Assembly: GCA_002269645.1 (NCBI GenBank)
Contig: NIVC01001409.1
Coordinates: forward strand, 1 to 64,000
Direction of reading: 5' to 3'
Source of the DNA: Macrostomum lignano
Lineage: Eukaryota
Length of the DNA: 64,000 nucleotides
In this document: in pieces, positions 35,238-47,030 of the stretch
Layout of the letters: each line of letters begins with the position of its first letter
Numbering within the stretch: the first letter of the stretch is position 1
Notes under the pieces: model-generated
The model's database searches: none
Told to the model about the DNA's origin: nothing
What the model saw: the letters and a program-made list of their open reading frames with translations, nothing else
Translations under genes and position numbers: made by a program

Positions 35238-36503
35238 ATGGAGTGTTTCCACGATAGCCATATGATTCGGTTTTGGACCTTTCTTTTGTGGGTGTTTTAA
35301 ATAAATGTTGGTTTATTTAAAATGTTGGTCATACGATGCTCGTACCTATTCTGTGTTTCTTTGTTTGCTTTTTCAATTTTATTGCTGGAAATCTGAAATC
35401 GGCCACCTTTTTTCAGCATGCGAGTTTCTGCAAACTGCGATATCGAGAAAATCTGATATGCGTTGCCTGAAATTTGATTGTACATGTAGAAGTACAGAAA
35501 ATTAAACCACTTTTGTTTGGTGTGATCGGCCAATGAATATATAATTATGTTTTGTGCCATTGTTATGCAATAATTTATAAATTTATTCCATAAGTGACAA
35601 GTAAAATGCGAACGAAAATTAACAGCAAAACAGCGAAAATTTTGTGTGTCCTCAAATTAGAATTTAAAATGAGCGAGTCAAACTAACAGACCAGTTAGTT
35701 CTAATTCGGTAAAATACATGTTGTTCACGTTTTTATCATTGCTTGGAAATATAACGATTTAACGTTATAGATATTAAGTTTCTTTAGTGTGCTGGTGAAC
35801 GCATCTCTGTCCTCCCGTCTGAATCAGATTTCCAGCTTTTGAGTTCTGGATCCCAAATTTATCTCTGTTATCTCAAAGCCTAGGTTTGGAACTCGGAAGG
35901 GCGACTAGTGCCCTAGCTTTAAATTTTATTTAGGAAACTCTTACACACACCTGGTCGTAAATCAATGTTATTAAGGTAACAATCATACTTTAATAGCATA
36001 ATTTGATAGTTTTACATCGCCTTATTGGCAATTCCTGTCTGAAAGCCAGATATGCTGGAGTGTTGAGTCGTCGGGGCAGATGAGCGTGGTCAGGGGCAGG
36101 CAGAGAGACTGAAAAGTAGAGCACACATTTATAAATGAACGGCATGCTGCGAGAGAGAGGACGAAAACTTCTCTTTACCATGGTATCGTTCCCGGGCAGG
36201 GGTTTCAGTGTACATGGCTTGGGGGGTGGGGGTAAAATTCTAACCCCAACCCTGCCTTCAACAAACGTACATTAAAAGCGCTCTAGCCGTCTGCCGTCTG
36301 TGGCCTTGCCCAAGTGTCCTATGTACATCTATTTGATTTCATTCTCTTACCAGTGTGTGGACCGCCCTTCCCTCCCCCACTAGGCTTAGAAAAGATTCCA
36401 CGGCAGCTAAACATGACGTGTCAGTAGAGACCTTTTTTCTCAATTCAATAACGTTGGCCTAACTGGCATAACTGCCTATTCTACTCGTGTATTTGAATTA
36501 AAA

Positions 36504-37166
36504 ATGAACTTCAATCTATTGATACTTTTGTCCCTATTGGGCGCGGCCACTGCGTTCGACAAATATCCGAAAGAATTTGTTTTCGAGCTACCAGATAATG
36601 AGGAATTTTGCTTCTACGAGGAATTCGCGCAGGACGCCGCAAAAGAAGCGTTTAACACAGTGTTCCGCGTGATTCGCGGCGGTAACAATGACGTGGACTT
36701 TGCAATCACTGCTCCGGACAACCAGAAAGTTTACGAGAAGCAGAAGCAACACTTTGATGAGCACGAGCACACTTTCCGTCCTGGCACTTATTCCTTCTGC
36801 TTTGGCAACAAGTTTTCAACCATCACGCACAAGCAGATCTACTTCGCCCTGAACCGCAAACGGCCGGAAAGTCTGGCTGAAGAGGCCGGAGCAACCAACG
36901 TACCGACAGCAATGTCTCTGCTGCAGACCAAGATGGAGGCCATCCACGAATATCTGGTCACTGTGGAGACGGTGCAGTCAATCTACAAGGTGCGCGAAGC
37001 CGAGGGACGCGAGATTAGCGAGGATCTGAACGAGCGCGTCATGGTATTCAGCGCCATTCTGGCCATGGCTGTGGTGGTTTGCGGCTTCGGACAGGTTGTG
37101 GTGCTCAGGACTTTCTTCTCAGACAAAAAATCCGTCTCTTATCCTCGCTATCCTACCAAGGCCTGA
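36504..37166 (+). CDS. p24/TMED family cargo receptor (gamma subfamily, TMED3/TMED7-like), intronless
   Basis: Signal peptide; GOLD domain (FELPDNEEFCFYE...GGNNDVDF...GTYSFCFGNKFSTITHKQIYF); coiled coil; TM helix; FF-KK-like tail. Confidence 0.93.
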   Translation: MNFNLLILLSLLGAATAFDKYPKEFVFELPDNEEFCFYEEFAQDAAKEAFNTVFRVIRGGNNDVDFAITAPDNQKVYEKQKQHFDEHEHTFRPGTYSFCFGNKFSTITHKQIYFALNRKRPESLAEEAGATNVPTAMSLLQTKMEAIHEYLVTVETVQSIYKVREAEGREISEDLNERVMVFSAILAMAVVVCGFGQVVVLRTFFSDKKSVSYPRYPTKA

Positions 37167-37399
37167 ATTGAAGGCGGCGGTTTTTCTGATCCCCTTTGAT
37201 CCTTTATGACTCTTAGGTGATTCCATAATCCGTTCATATTCCTCCTTCAGCTGACAGTGAAACCTACTTGCCAACAAACCCTTTAAATATGAAGTTCTAT
37301 CACCCGAATTCAGTTACTAGTTTCCACTGGTTCCAATCCAATTTCACTCATGATTTATGAACCCCAAGCTCAAACCTTGCAGCCCTCGTTCATAATTCA

Positions 37400-37790
37400 C
37401 CATCTCAGCTCCATCTCACCTTATCTCAGCTTCATCTCACCCTATCCCAGCTCCATCTCACCTTATCCCAGCCTCTATCTCACCCTATCCCAGCTCCATC
37501 TCACCTTATCCCAGCCTCTATCTCACCCTATCCCAGCCTCCATCTCACCCTGTCGCAGCTTCATCTCACCTTATCCCAGCTCCATCTCACCTTATCCCAG
37601 CCTCCATCTCACCCTATCCCAGCTCTATCTCACCCTATCCCAGCCTCCATCTCACCCTATCCCAGCTCCATCTCACCTTATCCCAGCTCCATCTCACCTT
37701 ATCCCAGCCTCTATCTCACCCTATCCCAGCTCTATCTCACCCTATCCCAGCTCTATCTCACCTTATCGCAGCTCCATCTGACCCTTCCCA
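37400..37790. repeat. 21/22-bp array CCATCTCACC(C/T)TATCCCAGC(C)T
   Basis: Direct reading. Confidence 0.93.
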
Positions 37791-38539
37791 AGTGTTCCCA
37801 AATTCAAAATCACATAAGTCTGTTCCTATTATGTGCATTCCTACAGACAGTCAGTCATGCAAGCAGGTAGTTAGAGCTCTGCTTAGTGTTTTTTTGTTTC
37901 CCAACATGTAGCGTTTCTGTTTTACTACAGAATCTGTTTGACTTTTTGACCTGTGGTATTTCTCATTTTTTGTTCTCTGTAACAGTAGGCCCAGCCTTAG
38001 AAGTTTTGAATGAAAAAATCAATCAAAAGATGTAGACTAAAGCGTCAGTGTGTGAACTTTTCCTAGAGGTCAGAAAATTCCTCTATTGCTGATGTTCTCT
38101 CATAACTGCTCGGTTTCCTAATTTCTAGGCAATTTTCTCACACAATTTTCCCCAATTGCCCCTAATTTCTTTGACCTTTGGTGTTTTTTATTCCTTCTGT
38201 TTTTAATTATTGACAGCGTTTTGCCATTCACTCACTATTAGTAGTAATTGTAGCTTATTTTAACTGGAGTGAAGCAGGAGCTGAGCTACAGACTGGCTGA
38301 TTTTCCTGTCCTAAAAATTCTTTAATGCGTTTAAAAGTTTGTGTTTTCAGACCCCCGATATACTAATAGAAGATTTTGCTTTTGTTGCTTCAATTTCAAT
38401 TCCTGGGGTTTCTTCTGCGGTTTCTGGCGTGCAAAGTTTTGTTCGCCTTGCTGAAATAAATATATTGGTTTGAAAACCATTGCCCTTGTTCACTTGCAGG
38501 ATGGATTTGAGTGGTCAAAATATGGCTTAGTATCGTATG

Positions 38540-39540
38540 GACTGACTGGTGCCTGGCACCCCTGTCTAACAGGTGGGCAGCGATGCCATAACAGGTGACT
38601 GGCACCCCTGTCTAACAGTTGGGTAGCGATGCCATAACAGGTGACTGGAACCCCTGTCTAACAGGTGGGCAGCGATGCCATAACAGGTGACTGGCACCCC
38701 TGTCTAACAGTTGGGTAGCGATGCCATAACAGGTGACTGGAACCCCTGTCTAACAGTTGGGTAGCGATGCCATAACAGGTGACTGGCACCCCTGTCTAAC
38801 AGGTGGGCAGCGATGCCATAACAGGTGACTGGCACCCCTGTCTAACAGTTGTGTAGCGATGCCATAACAGGTGACTGGCACCCCTGTCTAACAGGTGGGC
38901 AGCGATGCCATAACAGGTGACTGGCACCCCTGTCTAACAGTTGTGTAGCGATGCCATAACAGGTGACTGGCACCCCTGTCTAACAGTTGTGTAGCGATGC
39001 CATAACAGGTGACTGGAACCCCTGTCTAACAGTTGGGCAGCGATGCCATAACAGGTGACTGGCACCTCTGTCTAACAGTTGTGTAGCGATGCCATAACAG
39101 GTGACTGGCACCTCTGTCTAACAGGTGGGCAGCGATGCCATAACAGGTGACTGGCACCTCTGTCTAACAGTTGTGTAGCGATGCCATAACAGGTGACTGG
39201 CACCTCTGTCTAACAGGTGGGCAGCGATGCCATAACAGGTGACTGGCACCCCTGTCTAACAGTTGTGTAGCGATGCCATAACAGGTGACTGGAACCCCTG
39301 TCTAACAGTTGGGCAGCGATGCCATAACAGGTGACTGGCACCTCTGTCTAACAGTTGTGTAGCGATGCCATAACAGGTGACTGGCACCTCTGTCTAACAG
39401 GTGGGCAGCGATGCCATAACAGGTGACTGGCATTCCTGTCTAACAGATGGGTAGCGATCCCATAATAGGTGACTGGCCCGCCCCTGTCTAACGGGTGGGC
39501 CGCGATCCCATAACAGGTGACCCGGCACCCCTGTCAATGA
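38540..39540. repeat. 46-bp minisatellite GGTGACTGGCACCCCTGTCTAACAG(G/T)TGGG(C/T)AGCGATGCCATAACA
   Basis: Direct reading; head-to-tail with no unique spacers. Confidence 0.97.
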
Positions 39541-40508
39541 CTGCATGGCACCCCTGTCTGCATGACAGGCGGGCAGTGTCAGAAATGAAAATACTTAAAT
39601 TACAGTTCCCTACCTGCAACCGTTGTTCCCGAAGGTTACATGCATATGTGAGGTGATGGGGAACTGAGGGAGGAATTGTATATCGCAAAGTAATTCCTTG
39701 TCAGACGAATTTCGATGCCAAAATATTGAATTATACTCGGTGATTGTGCGACCAATACTCGAATAAACTGGTCTTTGTTACAGCCATACGAGTACATGGT
39801 ACTTGTACACAGGACAGTACAGTATATCAAGGCTTCTTTTCAATGCCATAAACCGATTTGCTTTATCAATGCGGGACAATACTACATGTAACTACATGGC
39901 AAATATTGCCTTGTGTATTATGCAATCAATATACCAGCAAAATACTAGCTAATGTATATCAAATCACCTGCATGCAAACTAGCTGTGGGGATTTTGGGTA
40001 TGGAGCTGATTTATTGCTATAATATAATGATTGGTCACCTGGGTGTAATTAGTCTCTTACTATACATGTGCATCCCAAAGCACCACATGTGTTTAGCGAG
40101 GTGGCGAATATGTATCCAGGTGAATTCATTTTTGAAAATCATAGAAAAATTGGAACGTTTCAAAATGCATTAGAAATATTGAAACAAATGATTAATGACG
40201 CCATGCATGCGTTGGGGGTAAACTTTCGAATACACTATATGTTTTGGCGGATCCGGGGGTGATAACAGTTGTTATCACCCCCAGGCGGATCCCTGGAATG
40301 ATAGTGAATCCCAGTGGGATTTTTTCCTGGGGAGGTCAGCCGACCCCTTTGACCTCCCAACGGATCCTCCAGTGGTGAATTTGACCCATGTACCTTATAG
40401 AGAATATCACGCAGCCTTAGATAAAGTTATGAAAGGATGGGCATTAAATGCATAATAATAATAATAATCATCATCATCATTGAATACACCGGCCCCAATG
40501 AGCAGATG

Positions 40509-40695
40509 CAGTAGCGCAACCAGAAATTTTTCAAGGAGGGCGGATTCTGAGGGTAAAGTCCCGGGAGGGGGGGCGGCGGAGGGGTAGCTCTGTTTTTGGC
40601 GAAAATTCGCTTGGTCCCCCCTTTGATTTTTTTTCGGTCCCCCGCCTAAGGGGGGGGGGCGACCGCCCCCCCGGCCCCCCCTGGTTGCGCCACTG
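40509..40695. mobile_element. hAT-type MITE, 187 bp
   Basis: TIRs CAGTAGCGCAACCAG / CTGGTTGCGCCACTG (14/15); exact 8-bp TSD AGCAGATG (40501-40508, 40696-40703). Confidence 0.9.
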
Positions 40696-40902
40696 AGCAG
40701 ATGTGCAACCGACAGCTCAGCCGCAGCTATTGCGCGGCGCATCTGAAGGCTGCGTACGGCTGTTCAGTCCAAGGACTGGGGGGGGGGGGGTCGCCACACA
40801 CTCTCAAGTAGCAAATGCTGCATGGTAACTCTGCACTTTACAGCTGGGTGAAAACCTTGAACCATGAAGCAATGTAGAGTTAAGTGTCCACAAATTGTTC
40901 CG

Positions 40903-41664
40903 AGTGCATGGGTCGATCGAATCGAACCCCCGACCTTTCAATCGTGATTCCGACCATAAGCGTAGGAACGTTTCAAAAAGTGGGGGGCAGGTTCAGTGAC
41001 AGATTTAGGGGGGGGGCACAGGGTGCACGCCCCATCGAGTTATATTTTTTTATACGGAAAATGCACATTATCATGTACCGATTATTTTCAGAATCAGTCA
41101 GCAGTCAGAAACTCATTTTATAAAGCACCGCAGGCACTCATTTTAGCGCCGTAGGCCCGCATTTTGGCGCCGCAGGCCCTTATTTTAGCGCCGCAGGCAC
41201 TCATTTTGGCGCCGCAGGCACTCATTTTTTAGCGCCGCAGGCACTCATTTTGGCGCTGCAGGCACTCATTTTGGCGCCGCAGGCCCTCATTTTAGCGCGG
41301 CAGGCACTCATTTTAGCGCCGCAGGAACTCATTTTGGCGCCGCAGGCACTCATTTTGGCGCCGCAGGCCCTCATTTTGGCGCCGCAGGCCCTCATTTTAG
41401 CGCCGCAGACACTCATTTTAGCGCCGCAGGCACTCAATTTGGCGCTGCAGGCGCTATGTTTTGTCGCCCTGCAGCAAAATGTATTCATGCAAAGCAGAAA
41501 AAAACCAAAAATAAGCAAGAAGTCTACATTTTACACTTAAAATGTGGAGGGGCCAGATACCATTACTGGCCCCCCCCCATTTTAGAAAGTGGGGGGGCAT
41601 GCCCCACTGCCCGCCCCCGTTCCTACGCCTATGATTCCGACGCTCTAGCCACTAGGCTAGGCTA
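40903..41664 (-). mobile_element. tRNA-derived SINE head (or tRNA pseudogene) split by a hAT MITE
   Basis: Removing 40955-41641 gives, on the minus strand, TAGCCTAGTGG (A box)...TCGGAATCACGATTGAAAGGTCGGGGGTTCGATTC (B box); no paired acceptor stem. Confidence 0.6.
40955..41633. mobile_element. hAT-type MITE carrying an internal 21-bp array
   Basis: TIRs CATAAGCGTAGGAACG / CGTTCCTACGCCTATG (15/16); exact TSD ATTCCGAC (40947-40954, 41634-41641); GCACTCATTTTGGCGCCGCAG array at ~41130-41455. Confidence 0.9.
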
Positions 41665-43489
41665 CAACCGGAATGCATTCATATTGCTAATAGCTCGGAT
41701 ATTTGAAGTTTAAAAATACAACTTCAACTTTAAATATTTGAGAATAAATTTTATCTTCGAACCCTTTGTATACAGAGACCGGCACTTCGGCATGCACATG
41801 CAAAACCAACTTATTACATAATGCAGTGAAGTGCCACGCGCTCCAACTCAAAGTCAAAAGCATAATAAGCATTAAGCAACAGACTACCGCCCGGTCCATC
41901 GATGGGATGGGACGGGATGGTTCAGAAGTCGGGAGGATATTATCACCTATCCTCCTCAATCCCTAATCCTCATCCTCATATTCCACGGAATCCACGTCAA
42001 TAACAATAACACTTAGGGTTCAAGCTTCACATGGAACAGATGGAATTTTATTGTTGAATAAAATCAACAAGTTGACACACAACTGAGGCGCGATCCAGAT
42101 TCTCGTATGGCTTTGCGTTTTGGACATTGAATGATGGTGTAGTTATTCGTAATCTTATCAATAATCCTATATACTAAAAGTAAAAATCTTGCTTGCTTGC
42201 TTGTAAAATATTCTTAATTTCTAGTCAAATTATAGAATAGAATGTTATTCATGATTCAAGAGAAGGTACAGACAGGTGGGCGGTTGGTAAATGCGATTCT
42301 GTGACTGTGAGTGAATCAATGAGTGTCCCTAGTCCCTGCTTACACTCACATTCACACATTACCTGTATGTCAGATTTGACAACTTGATGGTTCTTGACTG
42401 TAACTGTAACAGACTTCATTTATCATTATAGCCTACAACTACAATCCAGTCTGCTGCACCGTTATAAAACACTGCCCTGTTACTCGTAGTCATGAATCTA
42501 GTTTAACTTGATTATTTATAAACAAAGCTGAGGAACCAATAAGAATTAATTCAAATTAAATTGTTTCAAACAAATAAATTAAATACAAATACACTAACTT
42601 ACATATAATGCAATAACATAGTATAATATTACATGTACAAAGGCGTGAACAAGTTATTTTGGTTGGATTTTATACGTACACTTTCTACTGTCTTATTTGT
42701 CTCAGGGCTTATCTATGGGCACTGAGAGTCATAAAATCACTTTAAACCTCTTGGGGTAAATGAAATAGATTAGGCCCTCCTTTCCCTTTCGTCTTTGACT
42801 AGGTGGAGCTCCCTTCCTATCCTCGCCTGCCGATTGGTTGAGGGTGTCATTAAATCTCGGGCTTTGACCAGCCAATTAAAGAAGCGCGCCGGCCAAAGGA
42901 AAGCTGAAGGGGGAACCAGTCAGTCTAACTGAATAAAAGCCTTGCCAGTGCCCAGCACAGATTTCAATACCAAACCAATAAGAACAAAATCAGGCTACTA
43001 TAATTAAGTTAAATTAACTATACACTCGTGCGAGTATATTGTAAACAGCTTGTTAAAAAGCGATCGATTTTGAATTCAAGACTCAACGCGTTCTATCTCA
43101 CTAATGTAAGTGTTTATTTATCTATCTGGTATTTATCTATCTGGTATTCTTTACAACAGTTCATATACATAAATTTTAGGTGCTCTCTTAATTTAGATTT
43201 AGAACTTCCTGTAAATTACTACGAGGAATTATTGAATTAATGCCAATGGGTTTAATGGCTAGGGCCTATAATATTACTTACAAGTTACTATACTCAATGC
43301 GGTATAAATATAAAACGATTAGAGATTGGAAACTCTGTTTAACCTCTGTTCTCTTCAGCATCAGGCAATCTCCGGGGCGTCGACAGTTAGGACTTCTACT
43401 CGTACATTAATGGAATCGGAGTGTACCCTCTCCCGGGCATTATACTTATGCATGCATGTAATGAGTGCTTGCTTATCCCCCCGCCCATT

Positions 43490-43915
43490 CTACACAGTGG
43501 AGTGCTACCCTCCCCGGCCATTCTACACAATGGAGTGCTACTGCTACCCTCCCCGGCCATTCTACACAATGGAGTGCTACTGCTACCCTCCCCGGCCATT
43601 CTACACAATGGAGTGCTACTGCTACCCTCCCCGGCCATTCTACACAATGGAGTGCTACTGCTACCCTCCCCGGTCATTCTACATAATGGAGTGCTACCCT
43701 CCCCGGCCATTCTACATAATGGAGTGCTACCCTCCCCGGCCATTCTACATAATGGAGTGCTACCCTCCCCGGCCATTCTACATAATGGAGTGCTACCCTC
43801 CCCGGCCATTCTACACAATGGAGTGCTACCCTCCCCGGCCATTCTACATAATGGAGTGCTACCCTCCCCGGCCATTCTACACAATGGAGTGCTACCCTCC
43901 CCGGCCATTCTACAT
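43490..43915. repeat. 33/39-bp array GGAGTGCTAC(TGCTAC)CCTCCCCGGCCATTCTACACAAT, probably in a 5'UTR intron
   Basis: Direct reading; upstream of the acceptor at 44076. Confidence 0.93.
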
Positions 43916-44087
43916 ATTAATGCTACACTTGCTATTTACAATAAAGGTGCTCCCCTCCGGAACATGCAGTCAGTCTGTATCAAGAATGCGGAACTTTATA
44001 CATGAGTTGACGCCCCGCCCCAAGCATCCAACATTGTTACATGTACATCACAATACCGTATTTTCCCAATTCCCAGCAGCGGCCATC

Positions 44088-45053
44088 ATGCAGCAACAAC
44101 TCCTGCAGCAGATCAACGGCAGTGCAGGAGTAGCAAAGCGGCTGCACACCGACTCTGAAGACCAATCCGACACCGACTTGTCTGATAGTGAAGGCCGACT
44201 CGTCATCGACATGTCCAACTCCGCCTGCTCGACCAGCATCAATGTCACCGACTGCACTGAAAACGACATCCCAACGCCGCCGCCAGCGCCGCCTCCGTCG
44301 ATTCAGCCGAAGATAAAGTCTTCTGTTGACGAAAGTTGCACCTTCAACAGATGGTGGCTGACGACAGAGCAGCATTCATCAGCAGAATCTCAACAAGCAT
44401 CTCCACTGCCGGTGCAGATGCCGCCCCGTGTCCCAAAAACAGAAAGCAGCAGCGACTGGTGGTCCCAGTGGAACCTGCAGCAGCAGCAGCAGCAGCAGCA
44501 CCAGCAGCAATCTTCTCGGCGTTGGGGCCCGCCCCAGACTGTCAGCGACAGGCTGTGTGCCTGCATCGGTTGCGCCGTCGGCAGCTGGCCCTGTCGGGCC
44601 TGGCAGCCACAGCAGCCGCTTCAACCGCGGCATCAATCAGCGGGGTTTCAGCCAGTCGGATGGCAGTTCTCGCCGCCTTTAGCGCCACCACCCCAGCCGC
44701 CCGCATTGGCGTCTCAGCAGCAGGCAGCAATGGAGCCGCAGGCTAAAAGAAGTTGCGACCAGCCTCAAAGCATCGGGAACTTCGAATGCCGCTGGTGCAA
44801 CGCCGATCCGTTCCGTAGCTGTCGCCAGCTGGCGCAGCACATTCAGCGCGTCCACCAGCTGGCTAGCGGAGCCTGCGGCGTCTGCGGCTCGGCCAGGGTT
44901 GGACCCGGCCACTGCCGGCAGCACGCGGCCGAGTGTCTGACCGCGACCGGCCGGTCAGCCTTCCTCTGCGCCGCCTGCGAGGGCAGGATTTTCGCGTCCC
45001 GCTCCGCCTTGAAGCGGCACACCGAGCGGCACCACCGCAGCGGCAGGAGGTGA
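44088..45053 (+). CDS. C2H2 zinc-finger protein with Q/P-rich N-terminal region
   Basis: ttcccAG acceptor at 44076, ATG at 44088. Fingers CRWC...LAQHIQRVH and CAAC...LKRHTERHH, plus a degenerate CGVC...CRQH. AATAAA at 45303. Confidence 0.8.
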   Translation: MQQQLLQQINGSAGVAKRLHTDSEDQSDTDLSDSEGRLVIDMSNSACSTSINVTDCTENDIPTPPPAPPPSIQPKIKSSVDESCTFNRWWLTTEQHSSAESQQASPLPVQMPPRVPKTESSSDWWSQWNLQQQQQQQHQQQSSRRWGPPQTVSDRLCACIGCAVGSWPCRAWQPQQPLQPRHQSAGFQPVGWQFSPPLAPPPQPPALASQQQAAMEPQAKRSCDQPQSIGNFECRWCNADPFRSCRQLAQHIQRVHQLASGACGVCGSARVGPGHCRQHAAECLTATGRSAFLCAACEGRIFASRSALKRHTERHHRSGRR

Positions 45054-45829
45054 ACGGCGGGGCCTCTTCAATCATCTGAGCTCCTCAAAATGATCCGTTT
45101 TAATTTGGTGCGCAAAATGCAAGCCTTTGTACTGATAGTAGCAACCAATGTTCATGTATCGATTATTTCACAATTCAACTACGCTTAAATATCTGCAATT
45201 GTTAAAATGTATTTTTCCGGGCTTGCCGATCAAGTTAAATCATTAATTTATTTGCATTTGCGATCTTACCATTGTGCTATAAAAGCTTTTGCTTTTTTCT
45301 TCAATAAATTTTTCTCTAATAAAAAATTAAGACTGAGTTGGCATTACAAGATTTCTTTTCTTTAAGAGATCAAGTTGAAGAAGCATCAAAACGAATATTT
45401 ATTTAGTCGGAGCATCGGCAGCATTAATTAGAATATATCGACACAGAGATAAAGTGTATAAATATAATGTTGCACTTTCTAGATTTTGGACACGCGACAA
45501 TATCAGTTATGATATAACTCAGCTGCTATGTAAGTAGCATAGGATGCATTTAACTAGTTAAAAACTATTTACAAAGGTAAAAGACAAACAGAAATATAAA
45601 ATGACGCACAACAATATACGAGTATAAAAACTGAGTAAGCCTTTAATTTTTATGACAGTCTAACAGAACAGAACGCAGTTAAGCCAGCAAAGTTCTAGTG
45701 GCGGACAGAAAACCTGTACAAATTTTTTATCAGCGACTCAAAACGTAAGGTACAGAAAAAAACGCACTGCAATTCAGCAACTTCGCAGTTGTGTCATTGT
45801 GTGGGTCTGCTGCTCAATGCAGAAGTACT

Positions 45830-46892
45830 TACAACACCCCCGTTTCCGCTTGCCCTGATCATTACACCCCCGTTTCCGCTTACCTGATCATTACACCCCG
45901 TTTCCGCTTACCTGATCATTACACCCCCGTTTCCGCTTACCTGATCATTACACCCCCGTTTCCGCTTACCTGATCATTACACCCCCGTTTCCGCTTGCCC
46001 TGATCATTACACCCCCGTTTCCGCTTACCTGATCATTACACCCCCGTTTCCGCTTACCCTGATCATTACACCCCCGTTTCCGCTTGCCCTGATCATTACA
46101 CCCCCGTTTCCGCTTGCCCTGATCATTACACCCCCCGTTTCCGCTTGCCCTGATCATTACACCCCCCGTTTCCGCTTGCCCTGATCATTACACACCCCCG
46201 TTTCCGCTTGCCCTGATCATTACACCCCCGTTTCCGCTTGCCCTGATCATTACACCCCCGTTTCCGCTTGCCCTGATCATTACACCCCCCGTTTCCGCTT
46301 GCCCTGATCATTACACCCCCGTTTCCGCTTGCCCTGATCATTACACCCTCCGTTTCCGCTTGCCCTGATCATTACACCCTCCGTTTCCGCTTGCCCTGAT
46401 CATTACACACCCCCGTTTCCGCTTGCCCTGATCATTACACCCCCGTTTCCGCTTGCCCTGATCATTACACCCCCGTTTTCGCTTGCCCTGATCATTACAC
46501 CCCCGTTTCCGCTTGTCCTGATCATTACACACCCCCGTTTCCGCTTGCCCTGATCATTACACCCCCGTTTCCGCTTACCTGATCATTACACCCCCGTTTC
46601 CGCTTGTCCTGATCATTACACACCCCCGTTTCCGCTTGCCCTGATCATTACACCCCCGTTTCCGCTTGCCCTGATCATTACACCCCCGTTTCCGCTTGCC
46701 CTGATCATTACACCCCCGTTTCCGCTTGCCCTGATCATTACACCCCCGTTTCCGCTTGTCCTGATCATTACACACCCCCGTTTCCGCTTGCCCTGATCAT
46801 TACACCCCCGTTTCCGCTTGCCCTGATCATTACACCCCCGTTTCCGCTTGTCCTGATCATTACACACCCCCGTTTCCGCTTGCCCTGATCAT
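45830..46892. repeat. ~30-bp minisatellite ACACCCCCGTTTCCGCTTGCCCTGATCATT
   Basis: Direct reading; lies between convergent gene ends. Confidence 0.97.
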
Positions 46893-47030
46893 TGCAACCT
46901 GTCTCTACAATTCTGCATCCTGTACAGCCCCACGCAGGTCATGGTGACAGTGGAGTCACAGTGATCTGCTCGGTCAGAGCGTATTTTGAAAAAGCAGATC
47001 AACAGCCAAAGCATCTCTCGGGTCTCAGGG

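Noticed and set aside
31998-35261. Antisense 1087-aa and 1038-aa ORFs over the Arg-rich gene
   Set aside because: They are shadows of the plus-strand repeat; the splice sites, leader and AATAAA support the plus strand.
38540-39540. CRISPR-like appearance of the 46-bp array
   Set aside because: Units are head-to-tail with no unique spacers, there are no cas genes, and the context is eukaryotic.
43326-44076. N-terminal extension of the zinc-finger ORF through the MECYPPRPFY repeat
   Set aside because: The 33/39-bp array is open by arithmetic; the acceptor at 44076 and ATG at 44088 give a simpler model, though this needs cDNA.
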